Positions 17,133 through 26,807 of a stretch of 35,614 nt of DNA are shown here, piece after piece. A program made the position numbers and the translations under genes. Position 1 is the stretch's first letter, and each line of letters starts with the position of its first letter. The notes under the pieces are model-generated. The model made no database searches and had not been told where the DNA came from. It saw only the letters and a list, made by a program, of their open reading frames with translations. This DNA is from a virus (Duplodnaviria; Caudoviricetes), in IMG/VR virus record IMGVR_UViG_3300030397_000307, positions 1 through 35,614 of that record. One strand, written 5' to 3'.

Positions 17133-18650
17133 ATGCCACCACAGGCAGGGTTATCAGGAGCGTTCCCCGCACCAGTCGGAGGCTGGAACGCAAGAGATCC
17201 GATTGACCTCATGCCCCCAGAGGACGCTCTTCGTCTTCAGAACGTAGTTCCAACCCCTAGTAGTGCTCAGATAAGAAAAGGCTTTAGAGAACATGCTGAT
17301 GGCATGGGCTCTTCTGTGGTTGATTCACTTTTTAACCAGGTGTCTGCCGCTGGAGTCGAGAAGCTAATAGCCGTAGCCAATAGTAATATCTATGACGCGA
17401 CGACGTTCGACAGCTCCGCGTCCTCTCTTAAATCGGGATTAACCAACAATAGATGGCAAGGTGTTAACTTTAGAAATAGGCTCATCATATGTAATGGGGA
17501 AGATACTCCCCAGCAATATGACGGTACTACATTATCTGATGCGAATTATAGCGGCAGCATAGGAGCAAACGAAGCGGAGTTTATAAACGTAACAGCGTTT
17601 CGTAATAGGCTATATTTTCTGAGGAAGGACTCAAACAACTACTATTATGGCGGAGTTAATGAAATAACTGGGGACCAGCAAGCGATAGATGTTGCTAGCT
17701 TGTTAACTCTTGGCGGGACTCTTCTAAGTATCAGCACCTGGTCCTTCGACGCGGGCAGTGGCCCAGATGAGCACCTAGTGTTGCTATCGGACCAAGGAGA
17801 GGGGCTGGTATGGGCTGGATCATACCCGGGGTCTTTAGCCTGGACTCTCGTTGGCCGGTTCTTTCTTCCAAGGCCGTGCGGTCGCCGGTGTATGTTCAAG
17901 ATGGGGACTAATACGGTTGTCATTACTGAGCAGGGGATTATCCCCTTGACAGGTGTTATGCTAGCAGGAGGTCCCGTTGGCCAGTATGAAGCGCTAACAG
18001 GGAAGATAAACACTGTTTTTAATGAGGCGGCAAGAAGCACTATTGCTACATTTGGCTGGCAAGGCCTTGTGTACCCAAGGGGGCAGCTGCTCTATGTGAA
18101 CTATCCTAAGGTGGCTGGGGTAGAATCTCAACAGTTTGTCATGCATACGGTGTCCGGCGGTTGGGCAAAGTTTACAGGAATGAACGCTCAGAGCTGGGTG
18201 GTGCATAAGCGTAAGCCGTACTTTGGTGGGACGGACGGCAAAGTCTACGAAGCAGACCAAGGTGCTACGGATGATTCTAACTTCATTAATATAGATGTTA
18301 AGACATCCTTTAACTACTTTGGAGACAGAACCAAGCTAAAGCAGTTTACGTTGGCCAGGCCGGTACTGACGTCTAATACGGGTTTTTCATTTAAGTTTGG
18401 AATGGATGTAGATGGCTCAGAAGAGCCTCTCTCGGGGACTGTGGAAGTTACTAACAGTGCGGGGGATAACTGGGATGAGGGGTTATGGGACGTAGCACTA
18501 TGGGATAATGAAAATGTCCTTCAGCGAGGGTGGTACTCCGTAAATGGGTTAGGCCGATGCGGAGCGTTTAAGATGCGCGCACAGCTTAAGAGCGTGGATT
18601 TTAAGGTGACAGCTTTTCATGTGAATTATAACACGGGAAGTCTTTTGTGA
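17133..18650 (+). CDS. Tail tubular protein B / DNA-stabilisation (nozzle) protein
   Basis: PAPVGGWNARD N-terminus, beta-propeller-like body, WD...WD...W near the C-terminus; 505 aa. Confidence 0.8.
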   Translation: MPPQAGLSGAFPAPVGGWNARDPIDLMPPEDALRLQNVVPTPSSAQIRKGFREHADGMGSSVVDSLFNQVSAAGVEKLIAVANSNIYDATTFDSSASSLKSGLTNNRWQGVNFRNRLIICNGEDTPQQYDGTTLSDANYSGSIGANEAEFINVTAFRNRLYFLRKDSNNYYYGGVNEITGDQQAIDVASLLTLGGTLLSISTWSFDAGSGPDEHLVLLSDQGEGLVWAGSYPGSLAWTLVGRFFLPRPCGRRCMFKMGTNTVVITEQGIIPLTGVMLAGGPVGQYEALTGKINTVFNEAARSTIATFGWQGLVYPRGQLLYVNYPKVAGVESQQFVMHTVSGGWAKFTGMNAQSWVVHKRKPYFGGTDGKVYEADQGATDDSNFINIDVKTSFNYFGDRTKLKQFTLARPVLTSNTGFSFKFGMDVDGSEEPLSGTVEVTNSAGDNWDEGLWDVALWDNENVLQRGWYSVNGLGRCGAFKMRAQLKSVDFKVTAFHVNYNTGSLL

Positions 18651-19090
18651 TTGAACGCATATATGGGCAACATGAGATAATAGGAAAATTTGTTGCTAGC
18701 CTCATAGAAGGAGTAGAGCCTAGCATGTGGGGAAAGTACGTAGCAGTCGGCTTTGGGTGGCAAAGCAAAATAATAGGTGGAGCGGTTTTTAATGAGTATT
18801 CAGGTTTTGATGTAAATATTACAATAGGAGCGACCTCTCCAAGGTGGTGCACAAAGGGAGTGTTAGGAGAGATTGCTCAAAGAGTCTACGAGGACTGGGG
18901 ATGTAAGAGGATGACAGCCCTTGTAGGCAAGAACAATAAGACGAGCCGGAAGCTTATCGAAGGGGTAGGGTTTAAGCTAGAAGGGAAGAAAAGAGGCGGC
19001 TTTGATGGCCTCCAAGATTTAATGATTTATGGAATGCTCAAAGATGAGTGTAAATGGTTGGAGATAAAACCCGATGGCCTCTCAATTTAA
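18647..19090 (+). CDS. GNAT-fold acetyltransferase-like protein
   Basis: R.TA.V...N..SRKL.E.VGFKLEG..R motif; usual position after the nozzle gene in podoviruses. Confidence 0.8.
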   Translation: MIERIYGQHEIIGKFVASLIEGVEPSMWGKYVAVGFGWQSKIIGGAVFNEYSGFDVNITIGATSPRWCTKGVLGEIAQRVYEDWGCKRMTALVGKNNKTSRKLIEGVGFKLEGKKRGGFDGLQDLMIYGMLKDECKWLEIKPDGLSI

Positions 19091-20603
19091 CCCTGACCAG
19101 TTACGGCAGGCGAACGAACAACTACAAAGAATAATCCAAGTTGCGCAAGCGAACGGTTGGGACCTGACATACGACCAAGCCTGGAAGCAGGCTGTTACAG
19201 ATGTAGCCGGGTCCAACAATATGGACCCCACAGCGGCTGTGGCAGCAAACCCTGCCAATGCGCCAACGAACCAGCCTTATGCTCCTGGGGCATATGACCT
19301 CAGCACTCCGCAAGGAGGCATTATGGGGCAGTTAGGAATGAACCAATTCCTGGCCGGCTTACAGAGCATGTACAATCGGGTTAACGAGCAGGGGCCTTAC
19401 GGCAGTGCTACCTACACTCAAAACCCTGATGGTTCGTTCACTAGGAACTATCAACTTTCTGAGAACCAAGCGCTTTTAAATGCTCAACAAGAGGCGCACG
19501 ACATACAGACAGGAACAGCTGCAAATAAGATGCTGCAGAACGTTCTTGCTAACTATGAGCATAATCCCTTCTCTCTTTCTCAGTTAGGGGCACAAGCGCC
19601 AGTGTTTGACCCAACAGGGTTAAACCAGAATTTAGCTCGAGGGTTTGAGGACATTCCTGCGCTGTTAGGGGAAGGAGACCTACTGGGAGAACGGCAGCGG
19701 ATTGAGGATAAACTATATAACCGTTACTCCGAACGAATGGCGCCTAGGTTCCAGAAAGAGAAAGAAGAGATGGCGCAGAAGCTTGCGAATCAAGGGCTTA
19801 CCCCAGGGTCTCCTGCATTTGAACAGCAGATGGCAGCACTCGATCAGAGGCAGAACGACGCTCTGTTAGATGCTAGCTCTAGAGCTACTGAGTTTGGTGG
19901 CGGAGAGATGCAAAGAAGTTTCGGCATGTCTAGAGATACTAGACGTCAAGGGATTGAGGAAGCCTTATCGCAATATGGAATGGATGTAGGTGATTGGGAA
20001 CGCCGCATGAACCTTGCGCAAACAGAGTTCCAGACAGGCGGGCAAGAGAGAGACAGGGCTCTCCAGGAAAGTCTACTTGAGAGAGATAGACCATTTCAGG
20101 AGATGATGAGCTTATTGGGGTCTAGGCGCGGTGTGATGAACCCGCAGTATCAAGGAATATCTCAGATAGGAATTCCTGGAATAGATGTTGCGGGAACGGC
20201 ACTAGGGTATGGCGGACTGGACCTACAGAGACAAGGGCTTTTACAGGAAGGGCAGCTGGCGAGAGAGCAGATGGACCTGCAGAGATTTATGCATCAGAAC
20301 CCTCAGTTCGCGCCACAGCAAGACTTGTTCGGGCTACAAAACTTACGACATCAGCACGCCATGGAGCTAGAGCAGCTCAGACAACAAGGCCAAGGCGGCG
20401 GAGGTGGGGGAAAAGGAGGCTTAGGAGCGGCCGCTGGAGGACTAGCGGGCGCTGTAGGTTCGGGGATTGGCTCTGGAATAGGCGGGGCAATAGGAAGCGG
20501 GATAGGTGGATTATTCGGGATGCCCGCTCAGACGGGAGCAACCTACAAGCCTGCTGTAATGCCCTCACAATATGATGCTGGCAGATATAACATAGCATAC
20601 TAA
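19074..20603 (+). CDS. Internal virion / DNA ejection protein
   Basis: NRVN..GPYGS.TY and L.NQGL.PGS.A motifs; Q-rich helices; C-terminal Gly-rich hydrophobic segment. Confidence 0.65.
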   Translation: MASQFNPDQLRQANEQLQRIIQVAQANGWDLTYDQAWKQAVTDVAGSNNMDPTAAVAANPANAPTNQPYAPGAYDLSTPQGGIMGQLGMNQFLAGLQSMYNRVNEQGPYGSATYTQNPDGSFTRNYQLSENQALLNAQQEAHDIQTGTAANKMLQNVLANYEHNPFSLSQLGAQAPVFDPTGLNQNLARGFEDIPALLGEGDLLGERQRIEDKLYNRYSERMAPRFQKEKEEMAQKLANQGLTPGSPAFEQQMAALDQRQNDALLDASSRATEFGGGEMQRSFGMSRDTRRQGIEEALSQYGMDVGDWERRMNLAQTEFQTGGQERDRALQESLLERDRPFQEMMSLLGSRRGVMNPQYQGISQIGIPGIDVAGTALGYGGLDLQRQGLLQEGQLAREQMDLQRFMHQNPQFAPQQDLFGLQNLRHQHAMELEQLRQQGQGGGGGGKGGLGAAAGGLAGAVGSGIGSGIGGAIGSGIGGLFGMPAQTGATYKPAVMPSQYDAGRYNIAY

Positions 20604-20614
20604 GGAGAAGAACG

Positions 20615-21778
20615 ATGCCGGATCCATATGCAGATATAGCGGCAATCTTAGGCGGTAGTAATAGATTCCTGGCACAGGACCCGTTTTACCAAGCGGCAGC
20701 TCAGTATAGCCAGGTTCCCATCTATAGCCCTGAAGATAAGTGGTATGAGAGCCTTGCGGCCGGCCTACTAAAAGGTGCTGGAGTGGGAGCACTTAAGTCA
20801 ATTGGCGAGAGCAGAGCAGGGCAGGCGCAAGCAGACTGGATGACAGGATTACAGGAAGCTCAACAAAGCCCCGACGGGTTAAGTGCCTTGCGAGGCAACC
20901 CCGACTATAGCCAGCTAATAGCGGCTATGGACTCGGCTAGATTTACGGAGCAAGCTAAACAAAGAGCAAAACAGGAGCAGTATGCTCAAGACCTGATGAA
21001 TAAGCTTCGGTTTGAGCAGAAACCTATCACTGTGCAACAGGGGCGCGAGAACGTAACGTTTATGCGCTCAGCAGACCCTGAGAATCTAGGACAATTGATG
21101 GAAGTTGCTAGAGGACCTAAGGACAGACAGCAAATAAACATCAACACAGGTGAGGCATTAAGTCCTATTAAGCTTGCTGAATTTGAGGATAAGAAAAGAA
21201 ACGAGCTTATCCAATCTTCGGAAGGTAAGGCGCTGTTAGATATCGAGCCTCTTTATGAGTCTATGCTGGGAGTGAAGGACATCGACACAAGGGCGGCCGA
21301 CATTCTCCTAGTTTCTTCCTTTGCTAGAATCAATGACCCGGGAAGTACGGTGCGAGAGGGAGAGATTAGGGTTTCCGAAGACGCAGCTCCTTGGTTTAGG
21401 GCGTTAGCAGGGAAGATTAACTCGGCGTTAACGGGAAGCGGGAGATTGGACTTCCAGACACGGGAGGAGATGCTGCAAGCTTCTAAGGTGAAGGTAGATC
21501 AGTTCAGAGCTGCATATGACCGCAGGGCGAACCGGCTTAAAGATATTGTTAAGTCGCAGATACCTTTATATCAGACACCAGAAGGGCAACAGCGATTGGA
21601 GAATGTCTTTCCTAGGAAGTTAGATTCGGCAATGTCTGGCGCGGGGGCATCAGAATCAGGGGCGGAAATAGCGCCTATGGCTCCACAGACATTTGAACCG
21701 GGGAGCCCTATAACGGCATCGCATCCTGAGACAGGGCAGAAGTTAATATTACAAAACGGACAGTGGGTACCTCAATAA
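20615..21778 (+). CDS. Internal virion / DNA ejection protein
   Basis: AAGGAG RBS; D..L...F.R..DPGS.VREGE motif; ends L.NGQWVP. Confidence 0.65.
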   Translation: MPDPYADIAAILGGSNRFLAQDPFYQAAAQYSQVPIYSPEDKWYESLAAGLLKGAGVGALKSIGESRAGQAQADWMTGLQEAQQSPDGLSALRGNPDYSQLIAAMDSARFTEQAKQRAKQEQYAQDLMNKLRFEQKPITVQQGRENVTFMRSADPENLGQLMEVARGPKDRQQININTGEALSPIKLAEFEDKKRNELIQSSEGKALLDIEPLYESMLGVKDIDTRAADILLVSSFARINDPGSTVREGEIRVSEDAAPWFRALAGKINSALTGSGRLDFQTREEMLQASKVKVDQFRAAYDRRANRLKDIVKSQIPLYQTPEGQQRLENVFPRKLDSAMSGAGASESGAEIAPMAPQTFEPGSPITASHPETGQKLILQNGQWVPQ

Positions 21779-23433
21779 TGCCAAACGAAGCGCTACCACC
21801 ACTACCAGAAGGATTTGTACTAGACCAACCAAGAGCTAGTCTCCCACCGCTGCCGGCCGGCTTTGTGCTAGACCCGCCGACAGCTCCGGCGCCTGCGCAA
21901 GACCCAGGAATAGTGGAAAGCTTTATGCGCGGCGCGAAGCGCGGGATTACTGAAATACCAGAGCTAGCGTCAGCGGCAGGTTCGGCAATCATGCAGGGAG
22001 CACGGGCAATCCCTGAAGCAGCGAGTGGCTTTGCGGAAGACCTTGTTTCTTTCCATAGGGACCCTGCCGCGCATATAGCGCAGAATTTACCCTCTATGCC
22101 GTCAGCGCAACAAGTAGGCCAGACAGCTGAAACTGTCGGGTCATTAGCATCTGCAGGCGGCGGCGCATTGGCTGGGGCCAAGTTGGGCACAGCGTTAGGT
22201 TCGCCTGGCGGCCCTGTGGGAATGGGAGTAGGAAGTGTTTTAGGCGCGGGGATAGGCGGAGGACTAGGGCTAACCGGCTTTGATGTTGCGGCGGCTTTAG
22301 CGAAAGGAGAGGAACCTCCTACAGCGCCGCAGATGGCTGAGCAGGCTGGGTATGATGTGTCACAAGGAGCAGCACTAGCAGGAGGAGCTAAGGGGCTAGG
22401 CTTGGTAGGGAGGGGGATAGGCGCAACCGGACAAAAGATGGGAAGAGGAATGCGTAGAGCGGCACAAGAATATAAGCTGCGCGGCGCAGGTGTCACAACA
22501 AACGATATAAAGAAAGGCTTCCGCAAGAGACTAGAGTTTCTTGATGAGGCGGGAGAAGTAACAGATTTAAAGAGAGCTAAGCAAGTTATCGGTAAAATGG
22601 AGAAGAGTCTAAGAGAAGTTACTAAAGACGGGTTCTTCGATAAGATGCCAGATGACGCTAATGAGATGTATCTGAAGTGGATACGAAAAACTACAGCATT
22701 GGGGAAGAAGGTAGATAACCTAGCTGAGAAAGCGGAGAAGGGGCTTAAGGAAGCGGGTAAGAAAGCAGGGGCAAAGTTAAAACTCAATGTAGACTTTAGC
22801 GACACTGAAGAGTTGCTAGACGCTGTAAGGACAGCTGACGTTACTAAGGCCGAGAATCTGAAGAGAACTTTCGAGGCTTTCAAGAACGAATGGAAAGAGA
22901 GCCCTCGGTCATTTGAGCACCTTCTTGAAACCCGCCGTAAGCTTGCGAAGATGCGAGCATGGACTGGAACGCAGGCAGCTCAGGATGATTTTACCAAGGA
23001 ATATATTAGAACGCTTTACTCAGATGTGAAGCGGTCTTTAGAGAAGCACTATGACGCACTTGTCCCAGATGAAGCCATGGTGGGACAATTTAAAAAGACA
23101 AATGAGCTTCTGTCCTCATACTTAGATTTCGACGAAGCAATGATCGCAGCCGCAGCTAAGGATGGGCCGTTAGCAGTTATCGATAAGGCCGTTGACACTA
23201 AAAGCTTAATTGCTGCAGGCGCAATGTCGCTAGCAAGCCCGGTGGCTGGTGTAGGGGCCGTCCTCCCAAGAATAGGCGGACAGGCTAAACCATTTGGAAC
23301 AGCTAGAATGCTAGAAGGAGCAGCGGGTAGATTCGTAGAGCCCCCAAGTAGAGCATTAAGCTTTGCGGGGCAACAGATAGACGAGTTGTCACCGTTGGCC
23401 GCGGCACTGGCTGGGCGGGGGGTACAACGCTAA
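21778..23433 (+). CDS. Internal virion / DNA ejection protein
   Basis: TAATG-coupled; duplicated LPPLP(E/A)GFVLD; Gly-rich hydrophobic helices. Confidence 0.65.
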   Translation: MPNEALPPLPEGFVLDQPRASLPPLPAGFVLDPPTAPAPAQDPGIVESFMRGAKRGITEIPELASAAGSAIMQGARAIPEAASGFAEDLVSFHRDPAAHIAQNLPSMPSAQQVGQTAETVGSLASAGGGALAGAKLGTALGSPGGPVGMGVGSVLGAGIGGGLGLTGFDVAAALAKGEEPPTAPQMAEQAGYDVSQGAALAGGAKGLGLVGRGIGATGQKMGRGMRRAAQEYKLRGAGVTTNDIKKGFRKRLEFLDEAGEVTDLKRAKQVIGKMEKSLREVTKDGFFDKMPDDANEMYLKWIRKTTALGKKVDNLAEKAEKGLKEAGKKAGAKLKLNVDFSDTEELLDAVRTADVTKAENLKRTFEAFKNEWKESPRSFEHLLETRRKLAKMRAWTGTQAAQDDFTKEYIRTLYSDVKRSLEKHYDALVPDEAMVGQFKKTNELLSSYLDFDEAMIAAAAKDGPLAVIDKAVDTKSLIAAGAMSLASPVAGVGAVLPRIGGQAKPFGTARMLEGAAGRFVEPPSRALSFAGQQIDELSPLAAALAGRGVQR

Positions 23434-23636
23434 TCGGGGTCATCCATAAGATACGCGCTAGCGTACCATATAGGCCCCCAGACAAAAGGAACGGCAAGAA
23501 AGACGGCTATGAGATTATGAGGGAAGTATAAACAGGCAATCACAAAGCCGACGGGGATCCATAAGAGAGCTAAGAAAGACAATGTCCATCTTATGCATCG
23601 AGAAACGGCTGAGAAAAAATCTTTTATCGCTTTCAT
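23430..23636 (-). CDS. 68 aa two-TM membrane protein, antisense to the structural operon
   Basis: MKAIKDFF...WTLSFLALLWIPVGFVIACLYF..LIAVFLAVPFVWGPIWYASAYL; fills the 250 bp gap; has its own promoter. Confidence 0.7.
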   Translation of the reverse strand: MKAIKDFFSAVSRCIRWTLSFLALLWIPVGFVIACLYFPHNLIAVFLAVPFVWGPIWYASAYLMDDPD

Positions 23637-23642
23637 AATTTT

Positions 23643-23671
23643 AGTATACACTTTAAGTCGGTTAAAGTAAA
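23643..23671 (-). promoter_or_regulatory. Sigma70-type promoter for the antisense membrane gene (leaderless arrangement)
   Basis: Minus strand TTTACT-17 bp-TATACT-6 nt-ATG; no Shine-Dalgarno. Confidence 0.6.
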
Positions 23672-23683
23672 GGAGAAAACGCA

Positions 23684-24859
23684 ATGGCTTTTAACGGATC
23701 TGGAACTTTTAATAGGACGAACGGAACGAACTCCGGGTCTGACACGTGGGAACAAGATAGGGACGAACCTGTAGCTATTCTTGCTTCTAGGCATGACCTT
23801 CATGACCAAGATATAGCAGACGGGCTTACAAACTGCATCACGAAGGATGGGCAGACTACCCCTACTGCAGACTTGCCTATGGGGGGCTTTCAGCATACGG
23901 GCTGTGGAGCACCTACGGACGAGGATGAGTACCTTCGAGTCTCAGATTTTAGAGACGGCACCGTGTGGTATGGAACGACAGGAGGATCTAGCACTGCGTA
24001 TACTCTAACTCTTTCCCCTGCGCCTGATGCTTATGTCGACGGGCTGACCATCATGGTGCAGTTCCATACAGCCTGTACCTCGAATAGTGCTACTTTAAAT
24101 GTAAATGGTCTTGGGGCGAATGAGTTTAGAGACTGTTCTGGGTCGGGGGGGCCGTGGTCATCGTTATTTAATACGGACTCCACCTGGATCATGCGGTATG
24201 ATAACACGAACGCAAAGTGGATAGTCGCGAATTATTGCGCTGCGGCAGTATTTGGCAGCGTCGTTAGCACGAACAACTTGACGCAAACGTGGGGCGGACA
24301 AAGTGGAACCATTAAGGAGTTTGATGCTCCCAGTAGTTCTAATACGTTTACTGACTTTGTAAACTCCGGGTCTGGGACAGCTGGATTAAAGGTTAACGGG
24401 ACAACCGTCACCGTTCCCTTTACGGGGCTCCATAGATATTTGGTAGGCAACGGAGCGCAGCCGGGTGATGCGGTATATTTAAAAGACAATAAGGTCTACA
24501 CCTGTACAAAAGCGAAAGATGCGGCTTGTGCGGGAGTATTAACAGACCAAATAGCTTATGCGGCTAATAATGGGAACAGCCATCAGGACTCTTTTGAGGA
24601 CTGGACCGACCAAGATATGCACCATATTGCGTCGCATGGAGATACTCGTTGTGACGGACTCAAGGGGATTAAAGTCGTAGGTGCGCCCAATTCTACCATC
24701 CCCGCCGGATCTTTTGGGCATACCTCCGACTTCCCCGGTTTTTTTGAGAAGCAGAATGATGATATAATGCATGCATATACTCGGATTCGTTTCGTTCAGG
24801 ACGTACAGCTTGACGACAACGGAGAAGCTCATGACGTATATGCGTATTTTGTTGGTTAG
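23684..24859 (+). CDS. Tail fibre / spike with possible C-terminal chaperone-like domain
   Basis: AAGGAG RBS; MAFNGSGTF...DIA.GLTNCITKDGQTTPTA.LPMGGF anchor; GG...AYTLTLSPA..AY.DG; FTGLH...GD.V...KQ.DD..H.YT C-terminus. Confidence 0.8.
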   Translation: MAFNGSGTFNRTNGTNSGSDTWEQDRDEPVAILASRHDLHDQDIADGLTNCITKDGQTTPTADLPMGGFQHTGCGAPTDEDEYLRVSDFRDGTVWYGTTGGSSTAYTLTLSPAPDAYVDGLTIMVQFHTACTSNSATLNVNGLGANEFRDCSGSGGPWSSLFNTDSTWIMRYDNTNAKWIVANYCAAAVFGSVVSTNNLTQTWGGQSGTIKEFDAPSSSNTFTDFVNSGSGTAGLKVNGTTVTVPFTGLHRYLVGNGAQPGDAVYLKDNKVYTCTKAKDAACAGVLTDQIAYAANNGNSHQDSFEDWTDQDMHHIASHGDTRCDGLKGIKVVGAPNSTIPAGSFGHTSDFPGFFEKQNDDIMHAYTRIRFVQDVQLDDNGEAHDVYAYFVG

Positions 24860-25757
24860 CTTTTTTCTCTCTCTACTAGGGTGCGGGGGAAGCAGCCCCC
24901 CTGCGCCCGTTGTTCCTACCTATACAGGCGCTTTCTTGGGCGCAGATTGGTTCGCAGCATCAAATAGTGCATTCCCTTGCGATAAGGCGCTGAGCGTCAC
25001 TGAGGGGCTCCAGAAGCCCGCATTTGGGTATTTGTGGGGGACTTTCGGGTCTGACCATGAGTGCTTGTATAGGTTCCTTCAGAAGCACGCTGAGAGGCCT
25101 CATTTGGTCCGGATACACATCGCTAATGAGGTATGTAGGCGCCATAGGAATTGCGGGATAGGGGAAATAGAACCCTTCATGGATGTCCAACGCCATATTT
25201 CTGTTCTAGAGCGCCGAGAGGGGTGGCTCCTAGAAAAATATCACGAAAGGATGAGAAATATAGTAGACTGGTTATACGTCCACGCTAATTCCAACACAGA
25301 AATACTATGGAGTAGTGGACTGGAGCATAACATGACGGGTGCGGCGTCGGTGGTGTTGTGGGAACTGATGAGAGCAACAGAATCGTATGGCACGATATTC
25401 AATTCAGTCGACAATGTTATTGGCCCTATTCAGTATGATTTTACAGAGCTGCACCATGCCCCAAGCACGGAAGGCAGATGTGTCGCAGCTCTCGATGGAG
25501 CAGACATTTTTTGGCCCCACCAAGCCTCAAGTTACCCTAGGCAGTGGGATATCAGAGAAGTCGAACAGTGGGGGCTTGAAAACTCAAAAGTTTGTCGCGC
25601 AGTGTTCTTGTGGTCCGCAAGAAGCCAAGGCCTCGGGGTTGGGGGGCATTTTGTCCAGCCTCGTGTCAGGAGTTATTGGCTTTCTGACGAAGATGTTCAT
25701 GTGATGCGAAACATTCTTGTGAACATACAACGGAGGAACATTGAAGATGGAAACTAA
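24831..25757 (+). CDS. Predicted lipoprotein with a ~290 aa domain of unknown function
   Basis: GGAG RBS; MTYMRILLVSFFLSLLG|C lipobox-like signal, GGSSPPAP linker. Confidence 0.7.
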   Translation: MTYMRILLVSFFLSLLGCGGSSPPAPVVPTYTGAFLGADWFAASNSAFPCDKALSVTEGLQKPAFGYLWGTFGSDHECLYRFLQKHAERPHLVRIHIANEVCRRHRNCGIGEIEPFMDVQRHISVLERREGWLLEKYHERMRNIVDWLYVHANSNTEILWSSGLEHNMTGAASVVLWELMRATESYGTIFNSVDNVIGPIQYDFTELHHAPSTEGRCVAALDGADIFWPHQASSYPRQWDIREVEQWGLENSKVCRAVFLWSARSQGLGVGGHFVQPRVRSYWLSDEDVHVMRNILVNIQRRNIEDGN

Positions 25758-25983
25758 AGGATTACTAAAGAGTGGTTCGTTTTGGGCGCTAGCGTTATCA
25801 TGGCTAGGTGCTCAAGACTGGGTTCCGGTAACGGAAATGATAGTAGGCTATCTGAAGGGAATAATCCCAGCAGACTGGCATGCTGTTGTAGATGCCTTGG
25901 GCAACCTATTGCTCGCAGGGATTGGCGTTTACGGCGTCCATGCCGTTAAAAGAAGAAGCACTACCATCAAAGGCCTAATGTAG
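25747..25983 (+). CDS. Probable holin
   Basis: GGAGG RBS; K.LL.S.SFWA N-terminus, two hydrophobic segments, basic C-terminus. Confidence 0.6.
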   Translation: METKGLLKSGSFWALALSWLGAQDWVPVTEMIVGYLKGIIPADWHAVVDALGNLLLAGIGVYGVHAVKRRSTTIKGLM

Positions 25984-26214
25984 GGCCAAATATTTACGAA
26001 TCTCAATAGCGTGAGCTAAGAAACTAGCAGTGTCTCGGTAGAAACAGCTGCAAGCAGTCTCGTATGCGGAGCGGGGCTCTGTTAGTTCTTGCTCACGAAA
26101 TCCTTCTCGTAAGCGCTTTTTACAATCCTCGATGGTCTCGTCTATTCGTTCTACTGTTATTCCTTCGGGGTCCATAAGACCTTCAAAGTCTATATCCCAT
26201 TTCTCTTTAAACAT
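25975..26214 (-). CDS. Hypothetical protein
   Basis: MFKEKWDI... start chosen just after the stop of the 35 aa ORF; last gene of the minus operon. Confidence 0.55.
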   Translation of the reverse strand: MFKEKWDIDFEGLMDPEGITVERIDETIEDCKKRLREGFREQELTEPRSAYETACSCFYRDTASFLAHAIEIRKYLALH

Positions 26215-26216
26215 GG

Positions 26217-26324
26217 TTAGTCCATCCCTGTTAGGTCGTACCACCATTTCTTTATTCTCCCTTTGAAGTAATTATAAAATACCCCAAAGAAGTGAGCTAC
26301 TTTGTCCCAAAATGATATTTCCAT
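26217..26324 (-). CDS. 35 aa aromatic amphipathic peptide (not in ORF track)
   Basis: GGAGG RBS; MEISFWDKVAHFFGVFYNYFKGRIKKWWYDLTGMD. Confidence 0.55.
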   Translation of the reverse strand: MEISFWDKVAHFFGVFYNYFKGRIKKWWYDLTGMD

Positions 26325-26341
26325 GATACCTCCATCATGAC

Positions 26342-26461
26342 TTACTCAAGAGACTCAATCAACGCTTCGAGCTCTTGCGAGTCTTGCTCCGTTAATAAGC
26401 ATTCGTGTCCTGCCCATGCAACAGATGTAGCTAGTGCTACAATTGCTATAATCTCTTTCAT
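26342..26461 (-). CDS. 39 aa peptide with signal-peptide-like N-terminus (not in ORF track)
   Basis: MKEIIAIVALATSVAWA|GHECLLTEQDSQELEALIESLE; AAGG upstream; tiles the operon. Confidence 0.5.
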   Translation of the reverse strand: MKEIIAIVALATSVAWAGHECLLTEQDSQELEALIESLE

Positions 26462-26473
26462 AACCTTAAATGA

Positions 26474-26785
26474 TTAGTCCACTACGGGTGTCCATCCCTT
26501 AGGCGTATAATCCTCCTGTATCAACACCCTATAATGTCCTGCCGGTAATTGGATTTCTTTATGCTCTTCGTGAGATAGCGTAGCTAGCTCATCCTGTATT
26601 ACTAGGTACCTTTCCTCGTCGAACTCAAAGAGCGCTGAGGTTCCATCAATCATGCGGTGAGCATGTCCTGTTGCTTCTCCTTCTGCTAAAACAAGATGAT
26701 TTAATTTCTCTCCCTTCACTTCCTCTGGCTCACATTCTATTAAGATGACATCTCCGTGCCTGTATTTACGTTTTTCTTTTTTCAT
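26474..26785 (-). CDS. Conserved His-containing partner protein of DUF6745 genes
   Basis: YRHGDV, LAEGEATGHAH, L.HEEH..I.LP.G.Y....Q..Y motifs. Confidence 0.8.
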   Translation of the reverse strand: MKKEKRKYRHGDVILIECEPEEVKGEKLNHLVLAEGEATGHAHRMIDGTSALFEFDEERYLVIQDELATLSHEEHKEIQLPAGHYRVLIQEDYTPKGWTPVVD

Positions 26786-26807
26786 TTGCTTTTTTCTTCT
26801 TTTTGTT

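Noticed and set aside
21708-22883. 391 aa antisense ORF
   Set aside because: Shadow of an Ala/Gly/Lys-rich, Tyr-poor ejection gene; no RBS or recognisable motifs
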